NCBI GenBank assembly: GCA_964490075.1
Contig: CAZBBK010000066.1
Location: 1-32,661 of the forward strand
Length of the DNA stretch: 32,661 bases
Direction: 5' to 3'
DNA from: an uncultured Gemmatimonadota bacterium
GTDB lineage: Bacteria; GCA-2686955
Positions within the stretch are counted from its first letter, which is position 1. Each line of letters starts with the position of its first letter. Positions 15,945 to 25,121 of this stretch are shown piece by piece. A program made the position numbers and the translations under genes. The notes beneath the pieces were generated by a model, which was not told where the DNA came from, made no database searches, and was given only the letters and a program-made list of their open reading frames with translations.

Positions 15945-16775
15945 ATGCGCAAGCATCTTCGCCTGACGATTCCCGCCCTCGCCCTGGCCGCCTCGGCACC
16001 CGCCCTGGCCGCCTACAACGTGGGCGACATCGTCGACGATTTCACCCTGACAGACACCGAGGGCATCAGCCATGCGCTCTACGACTACAAGGGCAAAATC
16101 ATCGTCCTCAACTTCGGTGAGTACTGGTGTGGGCCCTGCCTGAGCGAGTGGGCGGTCATGAAATCCGACTTCTGGAACCCGAACAAAGACCAGGGCGTGA
16201 TGATCCTCACGATCGGATCGGACTCCGAGCCCCAGTTCGAGACCAAGGCGAACCAGTACAGCGGCGGCGTCGACGACGGCGGTTGGCCCTGGCTCTTCGA
16301 CCGCGCGAACACTCTCTACAGCGACTACGGCGACGGCTACATCCCCTTCAACGCCATCCTCGACCAGGAGTTCCGGCTGATCTGGAAGGACTCCGGCTGG
16401 TACGGCAACTTCAACGCCATGCAAGCCCAGGTCGACGCCAACCTGGCGAACGCGGTGATCCACCAGATCCAGCCGCGGCTGATGAGCGTCGCCCCCGGTG
16501 ACGATGCGGTGTTCGACATCACCCTCACCAACCTCACCGGCTCCGTCCAGTCCTTCGACGCGGTGTTCGAGGCGATCCTGCCGGGCCACAACGAATACGC
16601 CGGCAACCCGATCGCCAGCCAGCCGGTCACCCTGCCGCCGAACGCGACCACCACCGTGCCCTACACCTACCCGGTTCCGGGCACCGTGCCCGCCGGCAGC
16701 TACCGCGCCCGCTTCGGCCTGATCCAGGGCGGCGACTACAACTGCTCCGATCTGAACTACGTCACCATCGAGTAG
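15945..16775 (+). CDS. Secreted TlpA/redoxin-family protein with C-terminal Ig-like domain
   Basis: GGAG RBS, signal peptide ending ALA, VGD...DFTLTD..G....L.DYKGKIIVLNF...WCGPC, cis-Pro loop YIPFN. Confidence 0.85.
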   Translation: MRKHLRLTIPALALAASAPALAAYNVGDIVDDFTLTDTEGISHALYDYKGKIIVLNFGEYWCGPCLSEWAVMKSDFWNPNKDQGVMILTIGSDSEPQFETKANQYSGGVDDGGWPWLFDRANTLYSDYGDGYIPFNAILDQEFRLIWKDSGWYGNFNAMQAQVDANLANAVIHQIQPRLMSVAPGDDAVFDITLTNLTGSVQSFDAVFEAILPGHNEYAGNPIASQPVTLPPNATTTVPYTYPVPGTVPAGSYRARFGLIQGGDYNCSDLNYVTIE

Positions 16776-16785
16776 GAAGACGCGC

Positions 16786-16857
16786 GGAGCGAAAACGCTC
16801 CCACGCGCAGGGCGAAAACGCCCCAGGGCGCCCCCGGCGAGGGCCGGTGGGCGCCCT
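16786..16857. other. Three consecutive hairpins after the redoxin gene (possible terminator or stability element)
   Basis: GGAGCG-AAAA-CGCTCC, GGGCG-AAAA-CGCCC, and AGGGCGCCC-CCGGC-gagg-GCCGG-t-GGGCGCCCT. No U-tract. Confidence 0.5.
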
Positions 16858-16882
16858 CCTGTGTGGTTGGCGGAGGTTGGAC

Positions 16883-16911
16883 TTGCACGCGCGGGCGCCC
16901 CGCTCCATCCT
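16883..16911 (+). promoter_or_regulatory. Putative sigma70-type leaderless promoter
   Basis: TTGCAC-N17-CATCCT-N6-ATG(16918). Confidence 0.5.
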
Positions 16912-16917
16912 TCCTCG

Positions 16918-18144
16918 ATGGAAGAGCCCACCGAAGCGCCAGAGGACGGGAAGGAGCGAGCCTCCGAGAGCTCGGGGCTGGCCCCCTTGATCCTCCGCTG
17001 GGACCTCGACAAGACCTACCTGGCCACCGAGTTCGAGTCGCTGCGCGCGATGCTGCGCATCCCCTTCGAGGCGGCGGCCGACAAGCGCAGCCTGCCAGGG
17101 GTGCGCACCCTGATCCGGGCGCTGCAGAGCGAGGCCCGCTGGGCGGGGCGCAAGGTCGAGACTTGCTTCATCACCGCCTCGCCGCCACAGATCCGCGGTC
17201 CGATCGAGGAGAAGCTGCGCTCGGACGGCATCCAGGTCGACGACATCGTCTACAAAGACCAGGTCCGGGCCCTGCTGCGGGGCCGCTTCCGCTCGCTCCG
17301 CCAGCACGTCGGTTACAAGCTCGAGGCGATGCTGCGCCATCGCCGCGACCGCGCCCCGGCCGGCGCCCGCGAGCTGCTCTTCGGCGACGACTGGGAGATG
17401 GATCCCCTGGTCTACACCCTCTATGCCGACCTGATCGCGGGCTCGATCGACCGCGAGAGCGCGCGCGCCCTGCTGCACCTGCTGCGGCTGAGCGATCAGC
17501 GCATCGCTCGACTCCTGGAGCTGGCGGCCGAGGCCGCCGTCGGCGAGCCGGTGGTCGACGCCATCCTCATCCACCGGGCGCGTCCCGGCCTGCCTACGGG
17601 ACGCCTCGGCAAGTACGGCGACCGCCTGACCGGCACCGGCAGCTACTTGCAGACCGCCGTGGTGCTGCACCACCGCGGCTACCTGGGCGAGCGCAGCGTG
17701 GCGGCGGTGGCCGATTCGCTGATCGAGGACGAGGGCTGGACCCGCGAGATGGTGCGTGCCGAGCTCGAAGCGTTGGGGCGTCGCGGGCGCGCCGAGCTGG
17801 CCGAAGCGGCGGCCCTCGCCGCCCGCAACCCCTCGCTCTTCGATCCCGGGGATCCCGCCGAGCCCCCGCTCGCCGCATCCTTCCCGCGCCCGCCGAGCGC
17901 GGTCCGAGCGCTGCAGCTCGCCCCCGCCGAGCTGGTGCCGCTGGAGCCCGAGCGCGCTCGGCGGGCGGCGCGGCGCCTCGCCGCCCGCTGGCTCGACCGC
18001 CTCGCCCTGCGCCTGGCCCGCCGCCGCCTCGGCTGGCTGGAGCTCGCCGCCCGACGCCCGCAGCCTGCCGACTACAGCGCCATCCTGGTCGAGCTGATCA
18101 ACGGCACCGCGGAGTACGGATCCGAGGAGGCAGGCGCCGACTGA
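16918..18144 (+). CDS. HAD-superfamily phosphatase-like protein (App1/LNS2-like)
   Basis: Motif I WDLDKT, motif II FITASP, Lys in GYKL, motif IV LFGDDWEMD. Start reassigned to ATG 16918. Confidence 0.72.
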   Translation: MEEPTEAPEDGKERASESSGLAPLILRWDLDKTYLATEFESLRAMLRIPFEAAADKRSLPGVRTLIRALQSEARWAGRKVETCFITASPPQIRGPIEEKLRSDGIQVDDIVYKDQVRALLRGRFRSLRQHVGYKLEAMLRHRRDRAPAGARELLFGDDWEMDPLVYTLYADLIAGSIDRESARALLHLLRLSDQRIARLLELAAEAAVGEPVVDAILIHRARPGLPTGRLGKYGDRLTGTGSYLQTAVVLHHRGYLGERSVAAVADSLIEDEGWTREMVRAELEALGRRGRAELAEAAALAARNPSLFDPGDPAEPPLAASFPRPPSAVRALQLAPAELVPLEPERARRAARRLAARWLDRLALRLARRRLGWLELAARRPQPADYSAILVELINGTAEYGSEEAGAD

Positions 18145-18187
18145 TGGGTCCCCTGCAGCGCCTCCATTTCACGACCGATCGCCGATC

Positions 18188-21100
18188 ATGTCCTTCACCA
18201 TCCCTCTGACCCTGGCTCTCTTCATGTCGCCTCCCACCAACGATCCCTTCTTCGACTCCCTGCAGCCCGAGCAGCGCATCGCCGACTTCGCCGCCGCCAC
18301 CGTCTACGACGATCCGCGGGGCCGGCCGATGGGCCTGCGCATGCGCCACCGGCCGAGCGGATTCGTGCTCGACCTCTTGCGGATGCAGTCGGTCCCCCAG
18401 GCCTTCATCTGGGTCAACAGCGCGCCGCCCTCCGAGCAGGGCGAGCCCCATACCTGTGAGCACTTGCTGCTCGGCAAGGGCCGGCGCGGCCGCGCCCACG
18501 CCTCGTTGGAGGACATGTCGCTCGGGGAGAGCTCCGCTTTCACCATGCAGGTCAAGACCTGCTACCACATGCACACCGACTCCGGCGCCGAGGTGTTCTA
18601 CCGGCTGCTCGAGAGCCAGCTCCAGGCGCTGATCCACCCCGACTTCAGCGATGAAGAGATCGCCCGCGAGGTCTGTCACCTGGGGATCGTCAGCGATCCC
18701 GCCAGCGGCGAGGCGCGCCTGGAGGAAAAAGGCACGGTCTACAGCGAGATGGTGAGCGCCTACGAGCGCCCCTGGACCGCGCTCTCCAACGAGCTGGGAC
18801 GCCTGCTCTACGGCGCGGACCACCCCCTGGCCCGCGACTCCGGCGGCGATCCCGCGGCGATCCGCGCCATGACCCCGGCCGACCTGCGCCGCTTCCACGA
18901 CGCCACCTATCACCTGTCGAACATGGGCATGATCGTCTGCCTGCCGCCCGACGTGCCGGTGGCCGAAGCGGCTCCGAGAATCTCCCAGATCTTGCGGCGC
19001 GTGGAGCTCGAGGCCCGGCCCGGCGACGATCCCGCGAGCTTCGAGGACCGCCTGCCGGAGCCGCGACCGGCGGCCCCCGGCACGCGCCGCGCCACCAGCT
19101 ACCCGGCCCACAACCCCGAAGCTCCTTCCGAGCTGGTCTTCGCCTGGCCCCCGATCGCCGACCTCGACCTGGTGGAGGCCGGGCTGCTCGGGCTCTTCGT
19201 CGCCAACCTGGCCTCCGGCGAGACCTCCATTCTGCACCGGCGCTTCATCGACTCGACTCGGCGCGTGATGGAGACCGGCGCGTCGGCGGTCTTCGGTTGG
19301 GTCGACGACAGCCGCGGCCACGCGGTGCACCTGGGATTGCGCCACGTCAGCGGCGAGACGACCGAAGCCGAAGGCGCGGCGCGCGTGGAAGGGATCATCG
19401 CCGCGGAGATCGCGCGCATCGCCGAGCTGCCTCCCGGCGCTCCGGAGCTGGCCGAGCTCAACGAGCGGGCGCGCGGCCGCCTGATCCAGAGCCGGCGCGC
19501 AGCCCGCCACCTGCTCGACGTGCCGCCTGGGTTCGGATACCGCTCCACGGGAGCCGGGTGGCTCGGCCACCTCGACCAGCTCCGGAAGATTGACGGATTC
19601 CACAAATCTTTATCGTTGAATGAACTTCACGATAGTATTGAAGCTGCACTTGATGATGTCGGCAACCCTTGGAGCGCGCGCCTGGCGGCCTGGGGACTGC
19701 TCGACCTGGCCCCTTTCACCGTCTCGGCCGGCCCCGAGCCGGAGCTCATCGAGCGCAATCGCCGCGAGCGGCAGGGGAGGATCGAGCAGGCCCGGCGAGA
19801 GCTGGACGAACGCTTTGGCAGCGCGGGCGCCGAGACTCTGCGGCGCTTCTCCGAGCACTACGACGCCGCCAGCGCACGTATCGACTCGCTGACCGCCGCG
19901 ATCGAGACGCCGGCGTTCATCGCCGATCCACCGATGACCCTCGACGAGTCGATCGACCACCGCGAAATCGAGATCGGCGGCGCTCCGGCGCTTGAAGCGA
20001 TCTTCGACCACATGAGCGGCGGCAGCATCGGCCTGGCGCTGAGCCTCGACCGGGTGGCGCCGCGGCGGCGGCTCTACGTCTCGTCGCTGGCGTCGCTCTT
20101 GCTCGACGTCGGGGTGATCGACGCGGGACGGCCGATCTCGTTCGACGAGATGACCGAGGCCTTGCGGCGCGAGATCTGGGGCCTGCACGCCTACTACAGC
20201 ACCAGCGCCACGACCGGCCGCATCGAGCTGGTGGTGAAGGCGGCGGGGACCGGGACCGAGGAGACCTTGCGGGCCCTGCACTGGCTGCGCCTGGGGCTGC
20301 TCCAGCCCGACTGGCGCCCCGAGAACCTGGCGCGCATCCGCGACGTGGTCGACGCCGACCTGGCGGCGGTGCGCGACACGCCGCGCGGCTCCGAGGAGGG
20401 CTGGGTGGGCGCCGTCGAGCTGGCCTGGCGGCTGCAATCCGACCCCTTGCACCTGGGCCTGAGCTCCTACGCGGCCCAGACCCACGACCTGCTGCGGCTG
20501 CGCTGGCTGCTGCGCGAGGACCCGGGCGGGGTGGGCGAGCTGCTGCGCGTGTTGGCGGCGCTGGAGCCGGGCGGGCGCCAGGACTGCGGGGCGATCCTGG
20601 AGCGCTTCGGCGATCCGGAGTATCGGCCGGCCGAGAGCGGATGGGAGGGCTGGCTGGGGGCGCTCGACGAGGCGGGACGGGCGCTGGCGAGCGAGGCGGC
20701 CGAGGACCTGGCCTACGCCATCGCGCAGTCGGGCGACGACAGCCTGGTGCGCGACTGGAGCCTGGTCGCCCACAGCATCGCGCAAGCGCTGGTGACGCCG
20801 CCCGCGCGGGCGCTGGCCGAGCTGCGCACCACGCTCGACGAGCTCCTGCACCGCGACAACCTGCGCCTCTTCACGATTGGCGACGAGGCCTTGCTCGAGG
20901 CGCTGCGGCCGCCGCTGGCGGAGCTGGTCGAGAGCTTGAGCCCGGAGCTCTCCGGCCCCGCCGAGCGGCACCACGAGAAGCGCGTGATCGCCCGCATGCG
21001 GGAACGGGGCGTCGCGCGGGGCGTCGATCCGCTCTACGTCGGCGTGGTCAATCCCAGCACCAGCTCCGGAGTCATCGTCCACACCGCCCCCTGCGGCGCT

Positions 21101-21721
21101 TACGGCGATCTCGAGCGCGCCGAGTTGCTCGACTTCCTGGCGGTGCGGATCTACGGCGGCGGCGGCGCCCACAGCCTCTTCATGAAGACCTGGGGCGCGG
21201 GCCTCGCCTACTCCAACGGGCTGCGCGCCCGGCCGGCCGAAGGACGCGTGGTCTACTACGCCGAGCGCTGCCCCGATCTGGCCCAGACCCTGCGCTTCGT
21301 GAGCGGCGAGCTGAGCTCGGCCGATCCCGATCCGGCCCTGGTGGAGTACGCGATCGCCCAGGCCTTCGACGAGTCGCGGGCCGGGGCGCGCTACAGCTAC
21401 CGGGGCGAGGCGCTGGCGGCCGACCTGGTCGACGGTCGCGGCCCCGACGCCGTGCGCGCCTACCGAGAAGCGATCCTGCGGCTGCGCGACGAACTCGGCC
21501 GCGAAGGTCTGCACGCCGAGCTGAGCGCGCGCCTGCGCTCGGCCTGCGGCCGGGTGCTGCCGGGCTTGAGCGACCAGCCGCCGGCTCGCGGCGCATCCTT
21601 CGTCGTCATCGGACCCGAGACGCAGATCGGATCCTACGAGGCCTACCTGAAGAGCGTCGTCCCCGGGGCCGAGCTGTTCCGGGTCCATCCGCGCGACTTC
21701 TGGATCGTCGATGACGACTAG
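18188..21721 (+). CDS. M16 family zinc metallopeptidase (PreP/insulinase-like)
   Basis: Inverted zinc motif G.PHTCEH, distal Glu in KGTVYSEM, SGG.P.AI..MT..DLRRFH...YH.SN, C-terminal GAGLAYS.G. Start may be 18223. Confidence 0.85.
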   Translation: MSFTIPLTLALFMSPPTNDPFFDSLQPEQRIADFAAATVYDDPRGRPMGLRMRHRPSGFVLDLLRMQSVPQAFIWVNSAPPSEQGEPHTCEHLLLGKGRRGRAHASLEDMSLGESSAFTMQVKTCYHMHTDSGAEVFYRLLESQLQALIHPDFSDEEIAREVCHLGIVSDPASGEARLEEKGTVYSEMVSAYERPWTALSNELGRLLYGADHPLARDSGGDPAAIRAMTPADLRRFHDATYHLSNMGMIVCLPPDVPVAEAAPRISQILRRVELEARPGDDPASFEDRLPEPRPAAPGTRRATSYPAHNPEAPSELVFAWPPIADLDLVEAGLLGLFVANLASGETSILHRRFIDSTRRVMETGASAVFGWVDDSRGHAVHLGLRHVSGETTEAEGAARVEGIIAAEIARIAELPPGAPELAELNERARGRLIQSRRAARHLLDVPPGFGYRSTGAGWLGHLDQLRKIDGFHKSLSLNELHDSIEAALDDVGNPWSARLAAWGLLDLAPFTVSAGPEPELIERNRRERQGRIEQARRELDERFGSAGAETLRRFSEHYDAASARIDSLTAAIETPAFIADPPMTLDESIDHREIEIGGAPALEAIFDHMSGGSIGLALSLDRVAPRRRLYVSSLASLLLDVGVIDAGRPISFDEMTEALRREIWGLHAYYSTSATTGRIELVVKAAGTGTEETLRALHWLRLGLLQPDWRPENLARIRDVVDADLAAVRDTPRGSEEGWVGAVELAWRLQSDPLHLGLSSYAAQTHDLLRLRWLLREDPGGVGELLRVLAALEPGGRQDCGAILERFGDPEYRPAESGWEGWLGALDEAGRALASEAAEDLAYAIAQSGDDSLVRDWSLVAHSIAQALVTPPARALAELRTTLDELLHRDNLRLFTIGDEALLEALRPPLAELVESLSPELSGPAERHHEKRVIARMRERGVARGVDPLYVGVVNPSTSSGVIVHTAPCGAYGDLERAELLDFLAVRIYGGGGAHSLFMKTWGAGLAYSNGLRARPAEGRVVYYAERCPDLAQTLRFVSGELSSADPDPALVEYAIAQAFDESRAGARYSYRGEALAADLVDGRGPDAVRAYREAILRLRDELGREGLHAELSARLRSACGRVLPGLSDQPPARGASFVVIGPETQIGSYEAYLKSVVPGAELFRVHPRDFWIVDDD

Positions 21722-22937
21722 GGCCGACCCGCCCGCCGGTCTCCCGCCGAGCCCGCTGCGCGCGACGCTCGAGCGCTGGTGCCGCGAGCCGTACGCGATC
21801 TTCTTCGTGGAGGGCGTGCTGCTGGCCTGGTGCGGGGTGCTGCACTGGCTGCTGCACGCCTGCGGCCTGCTGCCCGACTACCGGGGAGTCTTCCACTCGT
21901 ATGCTCAGATCCAGGGCTTCCTGAGCTGCTTCGCCCTCGGCTTCCTCTTCACTGCCCTGCCCCGGCGCACCGAGACCGCCCCACCCACCCTGACGCAGCT
22001 CTCGATCGGTCTCGCGACGCCGCCAGGGGTCGTGCTCTGTGCCTGGCTGGAGCTGTGGGTCGCCGCCCAGGTGCTGTGGCTGGTGTGGGCCGCGATGCTG
22101 CTGCACTTCCTGTTGCGCCGCTTCACCGATCGCGCCGCGGGGCGCCGCCCGCCGGCCGGCTTCCTCTGGATCCCCCTGGCGCTGCTCTTCGGTGCGGTCG
22201 GCTCCGGGTCGATCCTGGTGGCCGAGCTGCGGGGCGGCGATCCCTACTGGCTGCGCGAGCTGGGACGGCTGGCGCTGCTGCAGGGGACCTTCCTGGGACT
22301 GGTGCTGGGCGCCGGCAGCCTGGTCTACCCCTTGCTCGCCCACGGCCAGGGACCGCCCGACGCGGCAGCGCGCGACCTGCGCCGCCTGCCGCTCCACGCG
22401 CTCGCGGCCGCGCTGCTGCTGGGCAGCTTCTGGCTGGAGGTCTTCGTGTCGATGCGCGGGGCCTATGTGTTGCGCGCCCTGCTCTTGCTCGCCCTGCTCG
22501 GCGCCGGATCGGTCTGGCGCCCGCCCAGCGTGCCGGGCTGGCACCGGCGGCTGATCTGGCTCACCCCGTGGATGCTGCCGGCGGGCTACCTGGTGGGCGT
22601 CTGGCTGCCAGCCGCCAAGAAGGGAGCCCTGCACCTGGGACTGATCGGCGGCTTCGCCCTGATGGCGCTCACGGTCGGCATGCACGTGGCGTTGGCCCAC
22701 TCGGGGTATCAGAGGGCGCTGCGCGGGCGCTCGTGGCGCGCGCTGCTGCTCGGCGCCTGCCTGTCGGGCGCGGCCGCGCTGCGCCTGGTGGCAGAGCTCG
22801 ACCGGGAGCGCTTCTGGCTCTGGATCGGCACCGCGGCGGTGGCCTTCCTGGCCGGCACCGGGGTCTGGGTGCAGGTGGTGGTGCCGAAGCTGACGATCTG
22901 GGGCGGCGTGCAGCGTCCGGCGGCGGAGGGGTCGTGA
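21711..22937 (+). CDS. nnrS: NnrS family membrane protein
   Basis: EPYAIFF, H...QIQGF...FALGFLFTALPR.T, ALHL..IGGF..M, many TM helices, ALAHSG. Confidence 0.78.
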   Translation: MTTRADPPAGLPPSPLRATLERWCREPYAIFFVEGVLLAWCGVLHWLLHACGLLPDYRGVFHSYAQIQGFLSCFALGFLFTALPRRTETAPPTLTQLSIGLATPPGVVLCAWLELWVAAQVLWLVWAAMLLHFLLRRFTDRAAGRRPPAGFLWIPLALLFGAVGSGSILVAELRGGDPYWLRELGRLALLQGTFLGLVLGAGSLVYPLLAHGQGPPDAAARDLRRLPLHALAAALLLGSFWLEVFVSMRGAYVLRALLLLALLGAGSVWRPPSVPGWHRRLIWLTPWMLPAGYLVGVWLPAAKKGALHLGLIGGFALMALTVGMHVALAHSGYQRALRGRSWRALLLGACLSGAAALRLVAELDRERFWLWIGTAAVAFLAGTGVWVQVVVPKLTIWGGVQRPAAEGS

Positions 22938-24304
22938 CGCGCGGTGCACACGCGCCCGCGGTGGTGGTGGTGGGCGCCGGCAGCGCCGGAGCGACGGTGG
23001 CCTGGAAGCTGGCCGCCGCCGACCACCGGGTGGTCCTGATCGACCGCGCCGCGCGCGAGGCGCTGGGGCGCCCCTGGATCAACGGCGTCGAGGAGCGCCT
23101 CTTCCCCGACCTCGGGATCCGCGCCCGGCCGCCGATCCGCTTCGCCGAGCGGCAGCGGGTCATCATGCAGACACCGGCGGGTCACCGGATGAGCATCGAG
23201 CAGCCGCCGGTCGCCGAGATCGACATGCGCCACCTGACCGACGCGTTGCTGCGCAACGCGCTGCTCTTCGGCGTGCGCCTGCGTTGCCGGAGCGAGGTGC
23301 GGCGGCTGATCGTCGAGGGGGGGGCGGTGCACGGCGTCGTGGTGCGCGGCCCGGAGGGGGGCGAGGAGAACATCGCGGCCCGCTGCGTGGTCCACGCCGC
23401 CGGCCATCGGCGGATCCCCGGCACCGAGGAGCTCGGCGACCAGGCCCCGGGAGGGACGATCGAGGAGGCCGATCTCTGCGTGGCCCACCAGCAGGTCCAC
23501 CGCATCGACGACCTCGAGGAGGCACGGCGCTTCATGACCCGCCAGCGGCTCGGGCCGCACGACACCCTGTGCCGGGTCGGTGGCCGCGGTGGCTACTCGA
23601 TCGCCAACATCGGAATCGATCCGGCCGCCCGGCGGGTGTCGTTTCTGACCGGTGCCATGATGACGCAGGGGAGCGGCGCCGCCCGCGAGATGCTGCAGGA
23701 GCTCCGCGCCGAGCTCCCTTTCGCCGGACCCGTTCTGCTGGGAGGAGGCGGCACGATCCCGGTGCGCCGGCCGCACGCGTCGCTGGTGGCGAAGGGGCTG
23801 GCGCTGGTCGGCGACGCCGCGGCGCAGGTCTACCCCGCGCACGGCAGCGGAGTCGCCGCCGGGGTGCGGGCCGCGCTGCTCCTGGCGCGCACCTTGGACG
23901 ATGCGCTGCGCGCCGGCGGAGCGATCGACGAGCCGGTCTTGTGGCCCTACGCGGCGCTCTTCATGCGCTCGCGGGGCGCGCTCTGCGCCGGTTCGGAGAT
24001 CATGCGCAAGCTCTCGGAGTCGCTCACAGCGCAAGAGATCGATCGACTCTTCGGCGACGGCCTGGCACGCCCGGAAATCAACGCGGCGGTCATGGCCTGT
24101 CTGCCCTTCCGACCCTCGCCGCTGCGGCTCCCGGCGCTGCTCGGACGTTTGCTGGCGGCCGGGGCGTTGGGTCGCAAGGTGGGCCGCGCAGTGCTGCGGG
24201 CCGCCGCCCAGGAGCGCCATCACCGGCGTTACCCGGCACGTTTCGATCGCCGCGAGCTGGAGCGTTGGGAGGACCGGGCAGACGCGCTCGCGCTTTTGCC
24301 CTGA
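22934..24304 (+). CDS. FAD-dependent oxidoreductase, geranylgeranyl reductase-like
   Basis: GTG start overlapping the upstream TGA. VVVVGAGSAGA, IP.RRP..SLV..GL.LVGDAA.QV.P.HGSG. Confidence 0.85.
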   Translation: MTRGAHAPAVVVVGAGSAGATVAWKLAAADHRVVLIDRAAREALGRPWINGVEERLFPDLGIRARPPIRFAERQRVIMQTPAGHRMSIEQPPVAEIDMRHLTDALLRNALLFGVRLRCRSEVRRLIVEGGAVHGVVVRGPEGGEENIAARCVVHAAGHRRIPGTEELGDQAPGGTIEEADLCVAHQQVHRIDDLEEARRFMTRQRLGPHDTLCRVGGRGGYSIANIGIDPAARRVSFLTGAMMTQGSGAAREMLQELRAELPFAGPVLLGGGGTIPVRRPHASLVAKGLALVGDAAAQVYPAHGSGVAAGVRAALLLARTLDDALRAGGAIDEPVLWPYAALFMRSRGALCAGSEIMRKLSESLTAQEIDRLFGDGLARPEINAAVMACLPFRPSPLRLPALLGRLLAAGALGRKVGRAVLRAAAQERHHRRYPARFDRRELERWEDRADALALLP

Positions 24305-24393
24305 GTCGCGGCCGTCGAGTCTGTGATACGATCCCTCCAGGCAACGATCACCGATTGTCGATAGAAGAGTAGGTGAAGGCGAGCGAAGGTCGG

Positions 24394-24422
24394 TTGAGAC
24401 CCCCCACAAGCGAAGTTAGTAT
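24394..24422 (+). promoter_or_regulatory. Sigma70-type leaderless promoter of the tmk pair
   Basis: TTGAGA-N17-TAGTAT-N6-ATG(24429). Confidence 0.7.
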
Positions 24423-24428
24423 CGCGTC

Positions 24429-25121
24429 ATGATTGTCTACGCGCCCCCTGCCGACGAGATCAGCGGACAAGTGATCGCCGTCGAAGGACTGGACGGCTCC
24501 GGCAAGTCGACGCAGATCTACCTGCTCAAACGCTGGCTCGAGCTGACCGGTCACCGAGTCTGGTTCACCGAGTGGAACTCCTCCGAGCTGGTCAAGGACG
24601 CCACCAAGAAGGCGAAGAAGGGCAACAACCTCACCCCGAGCACCTTCTCCCTGATCCACTGCACCGACTTCGCCGACCGTTTCGAACGCCAGATGCTGCC
24701 GCTGCTGCGGGCCGGCTACCTGGTGCTCTGCGACCGCTTCATCTACACCGCCTTCGCCCGCGACGGCGTGCGCGGAGTGGACCACGACTGGCTGCGCAAC
24801 CTCTACTCCTTCGCGCCCCAGCCGGCCATCACCTTCTACTTCCGCACCCCCTTGCAGATCGCCCTCGACCGCATCCTGGTGGGCCGGCCGAAGCTCAAGT
24901 TTCACGAGGCGGGGATGGATCTCGACTTGAGCCCGGATCGGGTGGAGAGCTTCAAGCTCTTCCAGGCGCGCATCATGGACGCCTACGAAGAGATGTGCGG
25001 GGAGTTCGACTTCGAGATCATCGACGGTTCCCTGCCGGTCGAGCAGCAGCAGCAGCAGGTCCGGGCGACCGTTTCCGAGCGTCTCGCGCTCGACTCGGTC
25101 AAGATCGAGGTTCCCGAATGA
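24429..25121 (+). CDS. tmk: Thymidylate kinase family protein, copy A
   Basis: IAVEGLDGSGKSTQ P-loop, VLCDRFIYT. Confidence 0.85.
   Translation: MIVYAPPADEISGQVIAVEGLDGSGKSTQIYLLKRWLELTGHRVWFTEWNSSELVKDATKKAKKGNNLTPSTFSLIHCTDFADRFERQMLPLLRAGYLVLCDRFIYTAFARDGVRGVDHDWLRNLYSFAPQPAITFYFRTPLQIALDRILVGRPKLKFHEAGMDLDLSPDRVESFKLFQARIMDAYEEMCGEFDFEIIDGSLPVEQQQQQVRATVSERLALDSVKIEVPE

Noticed and set aside
19458-19649. Antisense 63-aa ORF starting in the AT-rich patch
   Set aside because: No recognisable motif or RBS, and most of it is a typical shadow frame.
19600-19660. dif, parS or DnaA box in the AT-rich patch
   Set aside because: No TTATGTTAAAT-like XerD arm and no TGTTTCACGTGAAACA. GATTCCACA differs from TTATCCACA at three positions.
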